This document shows positions 24,583-36,743 of a stretch of DNA of 64,000 bases, piece after piece. The DNA is from Nemertoderma westbladi (lineage: Eukaryota > Animalia > Xenacoelomorpha), in NCBI GenBank assembly GCA_032718475.1, contig JAUCBJ010000193.1, positions 38,346-102,345 on the forward strand. Direction: 5' to 3'. The translations under genes were made by a program, and so were the position numbers. How positions within the stretch are numbered: the stretch's first letter is position 1; each line of letters begins with the position of its first letter. Under the pieces are notes generated by a model, which did no database searches, was not told the origin of the DNA, and saw only the letters and a list, made by a program, of their open reading frames with translations.

Positions 24583-25782
24583 TAGTGGTGGCGGCTAAAA
24601 AAAAATAAAAAAGCTATTTTTTTCAATTTAAAAGAAATATAAAATAGTAATTGAAGTATTATTTGTACTATTATATAGATAATGCCTTCCCATACCATCA
24701 CCAGTAAACTTGCAATCAACTAGTTATTGCCTTTCCTTTAAACTTGAAAATATTGCTTATTTTTTTTTAGCTCAGAAATGCTAAAAAAAAATAAGGGGGG
24801 TGGCTAAAAAAAAATAAGGAGTTATTGCATATATGTTTCACCTTTTACAATGTTTTTGCTTCTAATAGGGTACTACAAGATAGGATTAATTAAAATCAAT
24901 TAATATTCTTTGTAATACTGGTATCAGACAGAGTTCCTTGTTACTTATTCAGTATAAATTCAGTTACTTTTTTAATTCATGAGAGCATAATATTGCCTAA
25001 TCAATGATGTGTCCTTGGGGTCAACAATGTATCCGCCTCCATCTCTGTAGGCCTATTCAATTACAAGTACCGGTACTGGTAGAAATGTCAGTACCGGTAC
25101 AGAAATATTTTATGAAGGTCCAATAAATAAAATAAAAAATGGTTCGACCATCTACTTAGTACTTACGGTACCAACTGACCAAGTTATATACCACTTAACA
25201 TCACTGAATGGCTGATTCTGAGTCCAATGCCCCTTACTGCCTTAGATACAGCACGAGCACCCGTACTGGTTATTGAATGTCTATGACAGTATCAGGCTCG
25301 CAGCTTACTTCAGTATTCTCCTTGTACTGACTGACTGATATGTGAATAAAATTGAAATTTGCCGCTTATTTTTTTTTACCCTACCTCTAATTTTTTTTGG
25401 TTGCTAAAAAAAAATAAGTTGAAAATGTAAATAACCTAACTTCAAATTATTTTTTATTTTGTTTGTGATAGACATTGACTATATATGAGTTGGCATGCAT
25501 ACAATTAGGTGCACTGTTATTTACATTATAAATATCACAGTGCTTTGAAAAAATTCTCTTTGCAAAGCATATTCATAGATCTTTGGCACTGGCATTGAAG
25601 TGGTGCACTGTTTGAATGATTCTTATTCTAAACAGTTAATATCTTTGGTTTTAGGGGTTTTAAATGATGTTCTTTCTGATGCAACAACAATATTTCCAAT
25701 AAATATTTATTATATAGTAGAACTTTACTTATTTTTATTTAGCTGCCTATTTCCACTTATTTTTTTTTAGCCGTCAGCACTA
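24583..25782. mobile_element. 1.2-kb non-autonomous TIR DNA transposon (MITE-like, TA TSD, Tc1/mariner-type)
   Basis: TIRs TAGTGGTGGCGGCTAAAAAAAAATAA / TTATTTTTTTTTAGCCGTCAGCACTA with TA on both sides. Internal GCTAAAAAAAAATAAG sub-repeats; no ORF. Confidence 0.82.
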
Positions 25783-25814
25783 TACTAACTCTTTTCTAAC
25801 TCTGACTAAAATCC

Positions 25815-26345
25815 TCTATCTACGTGGCGCTTGTGGTGCCCACAACCATTCTACTACTACTTCTACTCTGCTACTATCTTTAACTCTAGTAACTCTACTC
25901 GACTCCTCTAAGTCTACTGACTCCCTAGCCCTCTAACTAGAACTCTCTAACTCTACCCACTCTTCTAACTACGTGGCGCTTAGGGTGCCCACAACCCCTT
26001 TATTACAATTTCCATCTACGTGGCGCTTCCGGTGCCCACAACCTCTCTACTACTGCTCGTGGCATGACAATATGCCACACTCCCTATTCCCCGCCGCCTT
26101 CTAACTCTACTACCTGGCACCCTATGTGCCCGTCTCTACCACTCTACTACCTGGCACCCTATGTGCCCTCTCCACTACTTTCTACTACTACATCTCCACC
26201 TCCACTAATACCTCTATCTACGTGGCGCTTGCGGTGCCCACAACCACTCTCTGCTACTACTTTCTACGTGGCGCTTATGGTGCCCACAACCTCTCTACCA
26301 CTACTACTTTCTACGTGGCGCTTCCGGTGCCCACGACCCCCCTAC
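25815..26345. repeat. Dispersed tandem motif CTACGTGGCGCTT..GGTGCCCACAACC (6 copies) in the putative BEL LTR-derived segment
   Basis: Copies near 25820, 25968, 26016, 26217, 26263 and 26310, plus one at about 20633. Confidence 0.8.
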
Positions 26346-26661
26346 TACTACTCGTGGCATGACAATATGCCACACTCCCTTACCCCGCCGCCTTCTAACT
26401 TAGCTCCCGGTACTACGTACCCTCTACTCCCGTGGTATGTTTATACCACACTCCCTATACTCCGCCGCCTTCTAACCTCTCTACTTACTATCCTTTACTA
26501 CTTCTAACTTCTACTAATCTACTTCTTCTACTATCTGTCTTATTTTTAATTATTTAATTATTTATTATTATTTATTTAAATTAAATAATTATTTTTGTGG
26601 GAAGGGCGTCTCGCCCTCATTCCCACCCCCCTCAGTCCAAAATATTGGACGACTAAACCTC

Positions 26662-29028
26662 CTAACTAGGGCGATTCTTCCAACAGGCACTCTCCCACTG
26701 CTGCTCTTGTAGGTCCTGTAGGATTCGCCGCACTCTCTTCGCCAATTCCATCTCACCAGGAATTGGTTCTCCCTCCTCTGCCACCCTGAAATCGGGTCTC
26801 TCCGCCGCCTTCTTAACTAGCTCATCTCCTGGCATCAAAATGCCACTTCTCTCCTTGTTGTCTCCCGCCGGCAGAATGAATAGAAAGTGAAAGAACAGGC
26901 AGAACAGAAGGTACAATAGTAGTCCTATCCCCTTCCATCCTGCCTTCCTTCTCGACTTCCCCCTTGTCGGTATGCCTCCAAACCGGACCTGCGTCTCTTC
27001 CGGACACTCCTCTGGACACTCCCCCGGAGTGTTGTCCTCCGGACACCTCGCCGTCCGCTCCGCTCCATCTCCATACCGATGCTTGCTGGGAAACCTACTC
27101 TCCTCTGCCCACTTTCTTACTGTCACCTCCCTATCTGGCTCTACTATCTCTTGTTTCTCCTCTACTTCCTCTGCGTCTTCGGTGCCTGGTATCATGCACC
27201 CAGATGTCTCTGTCACACTGCATGGGATCTTGGTTTTAACTGGGCCGCTAAGCGTCCATCCGAACGGCGTGAGGATCGCCGTCGGGTCCCGCTGCCTGTC
27301 TTCGCCGAAGACCGTCTTCATTCTCTCATGGGCCGTCGGGCAGTCCATTCCTACTATAATGGACACCTTCCTAACGTCCACCTTTGGTATTGAGAAATCG
27401 ATACCGTCCAGGAATCTATACTGCTCGACCTCAATGTTGGTTGGTCGCCTGGCGTTGATATTTATCGATTCTATGACGTGGATGGGGTCGATCGTCGCCC
27501 CATAGTCGCATCCCGGTGCAATCGCTGCTATCCTGCACCGCCCCGTCCTCGTCTCCAGGACCTCATCTTTACTCGAGACGGTAGTTACCGCCATTCTGTT
27601 CGGCCTCGTCTTTAGCCCTATCTCTTCGGCCACCCAGTTCTCCACCAGCGTGAAGGCTGCTCCGCTGTCGACCAGCATTAATGTCGTTACTGATCGACCG
27701 CCCTCTCCTGATATCTTCACTGGTACTACCCCGAGTAGTACTTTTCTCTTCTTCTCCTCTTCTGTAGTGCTTCTAGCTGCTGTTTGGCCTCCAGTCTCCT
27801 CCTCTCTTGCTGCTGTTTCTCTACACTCTCCGGACCTGTGTCCTTCTACCACACATCGATGACATAGTCCGTTCGCGTCTGTGTAGGCTACACGATCTTG
27901 TTTGGGCAACGCTTGCCAGTGCTTACAACTCCTGGTCTTATGGGTTCCGTCCCGATGTAATTGACATTCGAATCCTGGATTATAGCGTTCCCTGTATAGT
28001 CCCTCACGTATCGCGCCTAGGTTTATATGTACCGATTTAGTGTTTTGGTTGTCTGTATTCGGCCTACTGGGTACATTGGGATTATGTTTATTTATGGTGT
28101 TATTTTCTTTCTGTCCCCGCCACGGTGTGGCCCTACTACCAGCTAACTGTGGACTAGCAGTCCCCTGTGTGGCCGCATGTGGTAGTGACTGTCCCACTCC
28201 CGAGAATGGGTCTGTCGGATTATGTTCGGGTTTAGGCCTGTTGTATTCGATCTTTGGCGCCTTCCCCAAACTATCCTCGCTATAGACTGGATCTGTTATT
28301 AATTCGGCCTCGTAGTTGAGGAAGCTCGACATCTCTTCTAGGCCCGGTTCCGCACCCTTCTTTTCCCGTGTGGAGAAAGCGATTTTCCTCCACTTCCTTC
28401 GTAACCAGATCGGCAGTGCCTGCGCTATCGTGGTGATGTTGTTAGACGCGTTGAGTTCGTATGGTGCGTCTAGCGTCTTTAACACGATTAACGCCTTCTC
28501 GACCTTGTTCGCAAAGGTCCTTATGCTAACGGGATTATCCTGTAGGCCACCCGATGTTATGCCTCTCAGGGTCTGCCGGATGATCTTGGCCGGGTGCCCG
28601 TATTCCCTATCTAGCGCCCGCCATGCTGTCGTGAAGCCGCCCTCGATGCCCTGGTATTGCCTCACGATGTCGTATGCTGGGCCTCCTGTATATACTTGCA
28701 GATATTTTAGGCACTCCGCCTGCGTCAAGTTCTTTGTTAGTATTTCATTACTATACATGCGCCGAAACTGTAGATATTCTTCCGGCCTACTCCCATCGAA
28801 TTTAAACGGTTCCACGGGTGGTAACTCGATCCTAGTTTTTAACGCATCGATTAATGTGGCCATTCCCATCGCTTGCGCTTCTAATGGGTTCGATGGATGT
28901 TGTGTAGTTTCTCCTGTTGGGTGCGGTCCGTCCGTCCTATCTGTTGACTTTGCTTGTTGCGTCGGATATATCATTGGGGGTAACGGCCCCCTCCATATTT
29001 CCGTGTCGCACGATCTGTTCTCGTCCAA
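26662..29028 (-). CDS. BEL/Pao gag (capsid-like region, Cys/His knuckles) plus aspartic protease, with a novel C-terminal tail
   Basis: LPPVEPFKFDG, L.YL..YT.GPA, LP.WLRRKW, CQLH.....H....C, CHRC....H....C, protease LVDSGA and AILTPFGW. No RT follows. Confidence 0.88.
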   Translation of the reverse strand: MDENRSCDTEIWRGPLPPMIYPTQQAKSTDRTDGPHPTGETTQHPSNPLEAQAMGMATLIDALKTRIELPPVEPFKFDGSRPEEYLQFRRMYSNEILTKNLTQAECLKYLQVYTGGPAYDIVRQYQGIEGGFTTAWRALDREYGHPAKIIRQTLRGITSGGLQDNPVSIRTFANKVEKALIVLKTLDAPYELNASNNITTIAQALPIWLRRKWRKIAFSTREKKGAEPGLEEMSSFLNYEAELITDPVYSEDSLGKAPKIEYNRPKPEHNPTDPFSGVGQSLPHAATQGTASPQLAGSRATPWRGQKENNTINKHNPNVPSRPNTDNQNTKSVHINLGAIREGLYRERYNPGFECQLHRDGTHKTRSCKHWQALPKQDRVAYTDANGLCHRCVVEGHRSGECRETAAREEETGGQTAARSTTEEEKKRKVLLGVVPVKISGEGGRSVTTLMLVDSGAAFTLVENWVAEEIGLKTRPNRMAVTTVSSKDEVLETRTGRCRIAAIAPGCDYGATIDPIHVIESININARRPTNIEVEQYRFLDGIDFSIPKVDVRKVSIIVGMDCPTAHERMKTVFGEDRQRDPTAILTPFGWTLSGPVKTKIPCSVTETSGCMIPGTEDAEEVEEKQEIVEPDREVTVRKWAEESRFPSKHRYGDGAERTARCPEDNTPGECPEECPEETQVRFGGIPTRGKSRRKAGWKGIGLLLYLLFCLFFHFLFILPAGDNKERSGILMPGDELVKKAAERPDFRVAEEGEPIPGEMELAKRVRRILQDLQEQQWESACWKNRPS

Positions 29029-31582
29029 GGGGTTCGATGTTCTCGCTCCTATTGGGGTATATTGTTGATATTGTGATGGGGGAATGTCACCCTGTCCCCC
29101 CCCCCCCCCCCACCGGTATGTTTAGTACTGGGGTTGATGTTAATATATTGGGGCCCATACATCTATCCGCAATAATTCCCCCCTCCCCTGGATATATGTA
29201 ATGTCCTTGTGTATTATAGTCATGCTGCTGTACCGGTACCGATATAGGCCTATCTGCTTCTTGCCTACCTACCGGTATGTACTCCGCGACTTCCGGGTTT
29301 AATCCCGTCGTCCGCGCTACCCTATCGCCTACTCTATCTCTCCCAGCATGGCCTATAATAGTATGTGCAGTAAGGCCTACAGTATGTCCTGCAGTCTGCA
29401 TGTGCCCTTCCGAACCGAAGTTTATTCTTCGCGAATCTCGAATCTCCCCGCGACTACCGTACTCTCGATCGGCAGCTATATCACGTCGGGAAGTTTCCCT
29501 TCGATCCCCTATCCTGCTCTCGTCTTCGTATCGGTACATCCTGTACCCCTCTCCTGGCGTGCGGTGCGTTTCTCCGGGGCGACGGCAATCTCCCGAAGTT
29601 CGACCCCACTGACTCCCTAATTCCCTCTCTACTATCGACGGCTCGCTATCCGTCCTCGCTCTCCTATCGTTCGTGGCGACACTTCTTCTACTATCTTCTC
29701 TTCTTCTCTTTTCGACCTCTCTGTTAAACTCTACTAATCTTCTTCTATCTTCAACCCCTCTATTAAACTCTACTAATCTTCTCTCTTCTGACTGGGCTCA
29801 ACGTTCCGTCGCCCGCCCTCTCGCGACGTCAACCTGTCTCTCTCTGCTCGATCGCACGCCGCTGGGGATACTCGCAATCCCCCTATTACTCTCCATCGCC
29901 GGGTGTTGCGGTTTACCTAATTCGGCCTGCGCATTATCCGCCGACGCCTGTGGGACACTCTCTGCCCCCCCTCTCTCACTACTAATCTCTCGTGGTGGGG
30001 CGCCCGTAGCCCCCCCCCCCCCCCACCCGCCACTTCTAACTTCACTATCTCTTACTACACTTCTGCGTCCCTCTTGTCGGACATTTTCTACCCCCCTTCT
30101 CTCGCCACTAATCTTATGTGGTGGGGCGCCCGTAGCCCCCTCCCCCCACTCGCCACATCTAACTTCACTATCTCTTACTCCACTTCTACACCTCTCTCTA
30201 GTCGACACACTGTCTCTATTACGGCTCGCTCTATTCACCCCCGCCTCTCTCTCTACTACTGCGAGGCCTACCAGGCCAACCTCGGGTTGGCTCAACCCCG
30301 CTACCCCCTGCCTACCAACTACGTGGCCTACCAGGCCGCCGTCTGCCGGGCTATACACGTCTGACGCGTTCACATTAATAGCACCATTCCCAATATTATT
30401 TGTTAAGTCGATTAAATTATTAGAATTTGAGACGGGATTATTATTTAAATTATTTTGTGTATTTAGATTTAAATTATTTGAATTATTTTGATTATTCTGA
30501 ATATTTGAATTAATATTATTATTTGAATTTAAACTTAAACCACTACTACCAGGTAAAATATTTCCTGTAATAAAGGGATTAGGGTTATTTACTACGGTAC
30601 TATTAATGCCAACATTTCCTAACGTACTACTACTACCCCCCCCCCCCCCCCCACCCGTACGGTTGCTGTACGTACTGTACGTGTACCGCACGCTCTGTTC
30701 TCTTGCCTCACGCTCTTTGCGTTCACTCTCTTGCTCCTTCCTTCCCCTCAGTCGCCACTCTAATTCTTCCATTTTTAATTTATATGCCATGCGTTCACTC
30801 TCTCGCACTCGTCTTTCTTTTGCGGAGGATGTAGCAGACTTATCGGTTGCGACGTACTCCCGCCGCCGCTCCATCCTACTAACTTTCCCCCGCTCTCCGG
30901 GGTTCTCGCTGACCGACGAGACCGAATCCTCGGAGCTAACCTCGGATTCGCCCTTGTGCGGTCCCGCCCAACCCACTAACTTAACTTCCCTGGCATCGAC
31001 TAAGTATGGCCCTATGTACACTACACCAGGCCCCATACCCCTACGTTCCCATAGCCCAAACAGTTCGATGGCAACCCCTCTCGCTCTCTCGCTGGCTAGT
31101 TCTCCCTGCCCAGAACGCACTAGGTAATCAAAGTATCTGTTCGACTCACCTAGTCATCTCCTCAACTTCACCTGGTCTATCTCAGCCCCTCCTTTGGCTT
31201 CCTTCAGTTGCTCCCGGGTCGCGGCATAGGCTCGTCGGAGCTGGACGACCCCGACGTCCTCGTCATCGACATCTCCTCTCTCCCTCCGGGTCCGACGTCG
31301 TACCGTCGGCTCCACCGTTGCCGTTCCGGTGGGCCATTCGTCGCCCTCGGCCTGTGGCTGGCCGGCGACATCGGCATATCGACCGCCGCCCTGTGTCAAC
31401 TCGTCTCTCTCCTCTCCCAACTCGTCCTCTCGCTGTAGACGGCCCCCCTCGTCTCGGATCGCCGAATGGCCCGTTATCGATGGGTCCGGCGTCGTGGGTT
31501 TATACCGTCTCGTCGCGGCCTCGCGGATCGTTAGTTCGCCGTCCGGGGTCCGCGGCGGTGTCGTTTCTCTCTCTCGACTCAT
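29029..31582 (-). pseudogene. Long N-terminal gag extension broken by two in-frame TGAs and one homopolymer frameshift
   Basis: ORFs 31154..31582, 29798..31120 and 29087..29539 share one frame and are separated only by single TGA codons. A frame change occurs at the C16 run near 29096-29111. Confidence 0.7.
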
Positions 31583-31641
31583 GTTATTTTGGGCAACTTT
31601 GGATTTCGTTACTGTTAGGGCAGCTGCTTGGTCTTTGTTTC

Positions 31642-32175
31642 TGTGACGGGATCGGTCGACCCCGATTTATCCGATTTGGTTGTTTGCTTACGCGTCCCCG
31701 CCGTGTGTAAAAGGAGTTATTGTAGTTCTCCCGATGTTGTTAATAATATATGTCGGTACGTATATGATAATATGAGATAACTGAGTTAGCATGTAATAGG
31801 CCTAAGTATACAGCAGTACTGATGGATGATGGTAGCGACGACGGTAACAAAGTCACCGCTCTGCCCTGACTGCACTGAGATAACTGAAGTGAATGAATAG
31901 CACGACTGGTAATATATTGCACAGTTGGCCATGTTGCTCTACTCAGTTGATGCTTCCCCCCTATTGGCTAATATCCTTTTTGGCGCCCTTTGGAGTATTT
32001 CCCTTTACTCCTGTTATTCTCTCTCTGTTAGGGGTTTGGCCCCTGACCCTTATTGTGTGTTTCTCCTTCCCACTCTGTTGGGATGGCACGAGGTTGGGTA
32101 ATTAACCTCGTGCTCCCGATATTGCTTAATGGTTTACTTTATGGGGTTTGGTGAGGCGGAATTGATTCGCTAACA
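31642..32175 (-). repeat. 5' LTR (534 bp)
   Basis: Near-identical to 23484-24017. Confidence 0.93.
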
Positions 32176-32244
32176 GGATGCATCGGAAAACATGTGCAGA
32201 TCTAGATCCGTCATGTTCCCGTCCGGGAAGTACATGCGTGGCAT

Positions 32245-35200
32245 ACTACTAGGATCGGCATGCTGCATTGCAGCTGCATTTTTAAGAATGCTGTGCCGGC
32301 TTGTCAACAAAATTGCACCGCCACAACTCCCTATCACCCATGACATTTGCTAGATCATCCGCATCTTTAAGGCCAGTGTCCTTTAAGATGCGTCTCAAGA
32401 AAGTCATGGGCTGTCCACCATGCTTATTCACTCCATGAGGCTGCCAAAGTACAAGATTATGCACTGGCTGGTCCTCACGGCGAAAGCAATGTCCTGCAAA
32501 GCGGAGGCGATTTTGTTCTAGTGTCAAGCTTGGGGGAACCAATGAGACACCTCCAATGTTATATAGTGTCTGGTTGGAGATGTGTGCATTGTACTTGACA
32601 CAATGAACCCTGCGTAGCATTATTGTGAATGTGCCATCCAGAGATTTGGTGTCCTCAGCAGTTAGAGCCCAGCATGGACTCCCATAGAGGAGTACTGGAA
32701 CCACTGCTGCTTTAAATAATCGGACCTTAAGTTTCCGATTAATTCTCTGTGACTTCCAAATCCTGGAAAGCCTATTCAAGGCTGCCCATGCCTTTCCCTT
32801 ACGTATTGGAAGGTCCTCACCTGACTTCCGGATCCATGATCCCAGGTAACAGAAGTCGTCCACATGCTCAAGCATACCATCTTTTGAGCTTATGCTCATC
32901 CGATCAGAGACTTGCTGAGGACTTTCAAAGTTAACTGTCAAAATTTTGGTCTTTCTGGAGTTAATAAAAAGACCAACAATAGAAGCAGCCTGTTCTAATG
33001 AGCTGAGGAGCCGTTGGGCTCCCTCTAGTGATTCTGAGAGTACTCCTAAGTCATCAGCAAAGTCTAGATCAGTTAGGTACTGGCAGGATTTCCTCGACTT
33101 CTGGAGCCAGTAGGTGGAGTTATCATCACCCCATCATCATTATGATGATCTAAGGACATGCGTAGAACATAGTCAACCACAATAATGAACAAGAATGGTG
33201 CAAGTGTGTCTCCTTGGAGGACGCCCCATAACACTTCAAATGGTTCTGTGTCACCGTCAACAGTAGACACAAATGTTGTCGAACCATCGTATACTGATCT
33301 GATTGCTGCAATAATTTCATCAGAAATCCCATATAATGAAAGTATGCTGAACATACGTGAGCGAGAGACTGAATCAAAGGCCTTGAAGAAGTCAACAAAG
33401 ATAACAGCCAGATGCCTGACTTTCTTTTTTGATAATTCTTTAATTATCCTTCTAAGTGCCTAAATGGGCTCCATGGTCCCACGACCTTTACGGAACCCAT
33501 TCTGATTTCCACGGAGCAGTCTCTCAATGGGATCCCTGATGCGATTTAATAGAATCCTATTGTATAGCTTTGCAGCAATCGAGATCATTGAGATTCCCCG
33601 AAAAGAACCATAGAGTGTTAGGTTGCTCTTCTTGGGAACTGGCACCAACTTATTTGTTTTCATTTCTTGTGGGACTCTTGATGTTCGGTACATGTCTACT
33701 ATGATGGGATAGATGAGCTTTAAACACTCAGGTATTTTAAAGACCTCAGGGGGAACACCATCTACTCCACTGGCACGATTGGTCTTAATGCTCTTTGCAG
33801 CAGCCTTCACTTCTGCAAAGGAGATATCGCCAATGGGAATATCTGGGAGTACAGACTCAGACACTTTTACTTCTATAAAGTTATCAGGCAATACCCTGTC
33901 ATTATTGAGGAGCTTTTCAAAGTGGGCTTTCCAACCATTGAGGCGATCGGCTGGTGATTCAGCCTTACTACTACTACTACTACTACTAGGATCGGCTGCA
34001 TTGCAGCTGCATTTTTAAGAATGCTGTGCCGGCTTGTCAACAAAATTGCACCGCCACAACTCCCTATCACCCATGACATTTGCTAGATCATCCGCATCTT
34101 TAAGGCCAGTGTCCTTTAAGATGCGTCTCAAGAAAGTCATGGGCTGTCCACCATGCTTATTCACTCCATGAGGCTGCCAAAGTACAAGATTATGCACTGG
34201 CTGGTCCTCACGGCGAAAGCAATGTCCTGCAAAGCGGAGGCGATTTTGTTCTAGTGTCAAGCTTGGGGGAACCAATGAGACACCTCCAATGTTATATAGT
34301 GTCTGGTTGGAGATGTGTGCATTGTACTTGACACAATGAGGCGATTGGCTGGTGATTCAGCCTTAACCTTGGTGGTTGGTTGGCTTTTCCGCCCAGTAAG
34401 CAGATTGATCGATTTCCATGCCTGGGATGATTGCCTGCTGTCGTCAGCATCATTGATGGCATCAACCTGTTGGTTTATTAGCTCCTGTAGATTAACAGAG
34501 TACTGCCTGTTCAGGGACCTAGATGCAGCCTTAACTGCATTCTTGGCCGCTGTAGTCTGTTTGAGTCGGGACTCTTTCTGCGCCTTATGAAGGTCATTTC
34601 GGCACTTTTGAATTTTGTTGTCAGTCCAGGGGGCCCTTTTCCAGTTTCGAGGGTATACAGGAACTGTTTCTGCAGCTGCTAACTGATTCAGCCTTAACCT
34701 TGGTGGTTGGTTGGCTTTTCCGCCCAGTAAGCAGATTGATCGATTTCCATGCCTGGGATGATTGCCTGCTGTCGTCAGCATCATTGATGGCATCAACCTG
34801 TTGGTTTATTAGCTCCTGTAGATTAACAGAGTACTGCCTGTTCAGGGACCTAGATGCAGCCTTAACTGCATTCTTGGCCGCTGTAGTCTGTTTGAGTCGG
34901 GACTCTTTCTGCGCCTTATGAAGGTCATTTCGGCACTTCTGAATTTTGTTGTCAGTCCAGGGGGCCCTTTTCCTGTTTCGAGGGTATACAGGAACTGTTT
35001 CTGCAGCTGCTAACTTAACTGCTTCTGTAAAGGCAGTATAGCCCTCACAGTGATCTGCCGCCTCAGAGGCAAGAGCTTCATACCTGTTGCTCAGCTGTAG
35101 TGTGAAGCTGGATCTCACACTTGGCTGTTGCAACAGAGAGGACCAGTCATGCCGCGGCAAGGCAGATTTCGTTGTTCTGCTAGCACGCAGACTAAGTCTT

Positions 35201-36743
35201 ATCTTGGCCACAATAAGGCGGTGATCACTGGAGAAGGGTCGAAGTGTAAAAGCATTGCAGTCTTGTATAGAGCTCCTGTATTTCCTACGAAACAGAATAT
35301 GGTCTATATGGGACTTGTGACCACTGGGTCCACTATGAGTCCATAGCTTTCCAGTTCGCTTCTTGAACTGGTTTCCAGCCGAAAACAATCCATTTCCAGA
35401 GATAAAATCCTGAAGATGGACAGAATTTCGGTTAACACTATTGCTATAGACCCAGGGCGATGTAGGTGATTGATGCAGACTTGCATTAAAGTCTCCCAGG
35501 AATGTTAAGAATGCATGCTGATCCACTCCATCAGTAGCTGCTTGTAGATTGTGGTAGAAATTTTCCACCTCCTCTACAGGGGCAACACTAGTTGGACAGT
35601 AGCACACAATCAGAACCACCTTAGGAAACTTCTTAGCCAGTCTTCCAGAACATGAGAAGTGGCAACGGATGATGCGGTTAGAGATTTGGTCTATTTTGTC
35701 CAATGTTGCATGTGCAGTTGGATTCATCAATAGACCAATTCCACCATTGCCACTATCATCTGCTGACGCGAGGGCGAGTCGCCAACCGCCCCCCATGTCC
35801 TTAATCAGAACCTCATCAGTCTGTCCAGTCTGCATTCGGTGCTCTTGAACACCCACTGCGCCAAGAGAAAGCTTATCTGGCAAGGCAGTCAGCTCACCTT
35901 GTCGCATTGGGGACCCGAGTGTTAGGGTGTTTACTGAGGCTAGTCTAGTGACTTGCCTCAGATTCACCAATGGCTTTGTTGGTCGCGGTGGAACATGAGA
36001 GTAGCCTCGAACTCCAGAATCCCTCTCCCCATCACAATCTGGCCTCCCTGGTGACCCAGGGCTTGGGCCAGAAAGGTCATCAGGAAAGGGACTTAAAGAA
36101 TTGTTGGCTGCTCTCTCTCCAGTAGGGGGTGAGACAGGCAGCCGGTCAGGAGTTAACTGACGCCTGTGAGGCCGATTGTGTCCGGCAATTCCACTGGCCT
36201 CTAGTGGCCGGACCTCCGCATTGCTAATGTAATCCATAGTGGGGGTTATGGGGTGCTTTTTTGCCGAGTCAACTCTCGGGGCAAATACCACACCCTGGTT
36301 TGCCATTCCACAGGGTGGGTGTCGCAATAGAGTCAGATATGAGGCCCATCACCCATATCTACTCTGGCGCACATGACCCACCATTGGCTGTTGCAGCTCA
36401 TCTGCTGGGTCATGCCCTGTACCCTTGCAGCCAGGTGCAGGTCGCAGTGAAGTGCTCTCAGAGTGGACATGAGAACACTCTACTCCTGACCAGCCATTGG
36501 TAGATCACCATCTGCCTGCTCAGGCCATATACCCCTGCAGCCAAGTATATGGGTCCTTAATCCAGGACCAAGGGCGTCCTTATCCCAGAACGAAGGGGGT
36601 CCTAGTTACAGGACCAGATTTGCCCTAGTAAGAGGGTCTATGCAGCTACAGGTGGCACCTCCTTTATGCTGCATGGAGGTGGCAAGTTTTCTTGATCAAT
36701 GACCTAGAATACCTGACCTGACAATGACCTGACCTGACCTGAC
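32245..36743 (-). mobile_element. RTE copy 5, full span but disabled (frameshifts, stop, nested copy, 331-bp tandem duplication)
   Basis: TAG tail at about 32246 and 5' (GGTCA)n at 36712-36743. ORF pieces 32282..32941, 33073..33354, 33460..33891 and 34621..36327. Duplication 34353-34683 / 34684-35014. Confidence 0.9.
33968..34336 (-). mobile_element. RTE copy 6, 3' fragment nested in copy 5, 29-bp TSD
   Basis: (TAG)7 tail. TGAGGCGAT(C/T)GGCTGGTGATTCAGCCTTA at 33939-33967 and 34337-34365. Confidence 0.88.

Larger units (their letters stand above)
23484..32175 (-). mobile_element. 8.7-kb non-autonomous LTR element (BEL-type gag-protease, no RT/RH/IN core), 5-bp TSD GGATG
   Basis: Two 534-bp TG...CA LTRs. 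GGATG at 23479-23483 and 32176-32180. PPT GGGGGGGGAG adjacent to the 3' LTR (24018-24027). Confidence 0.9.
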
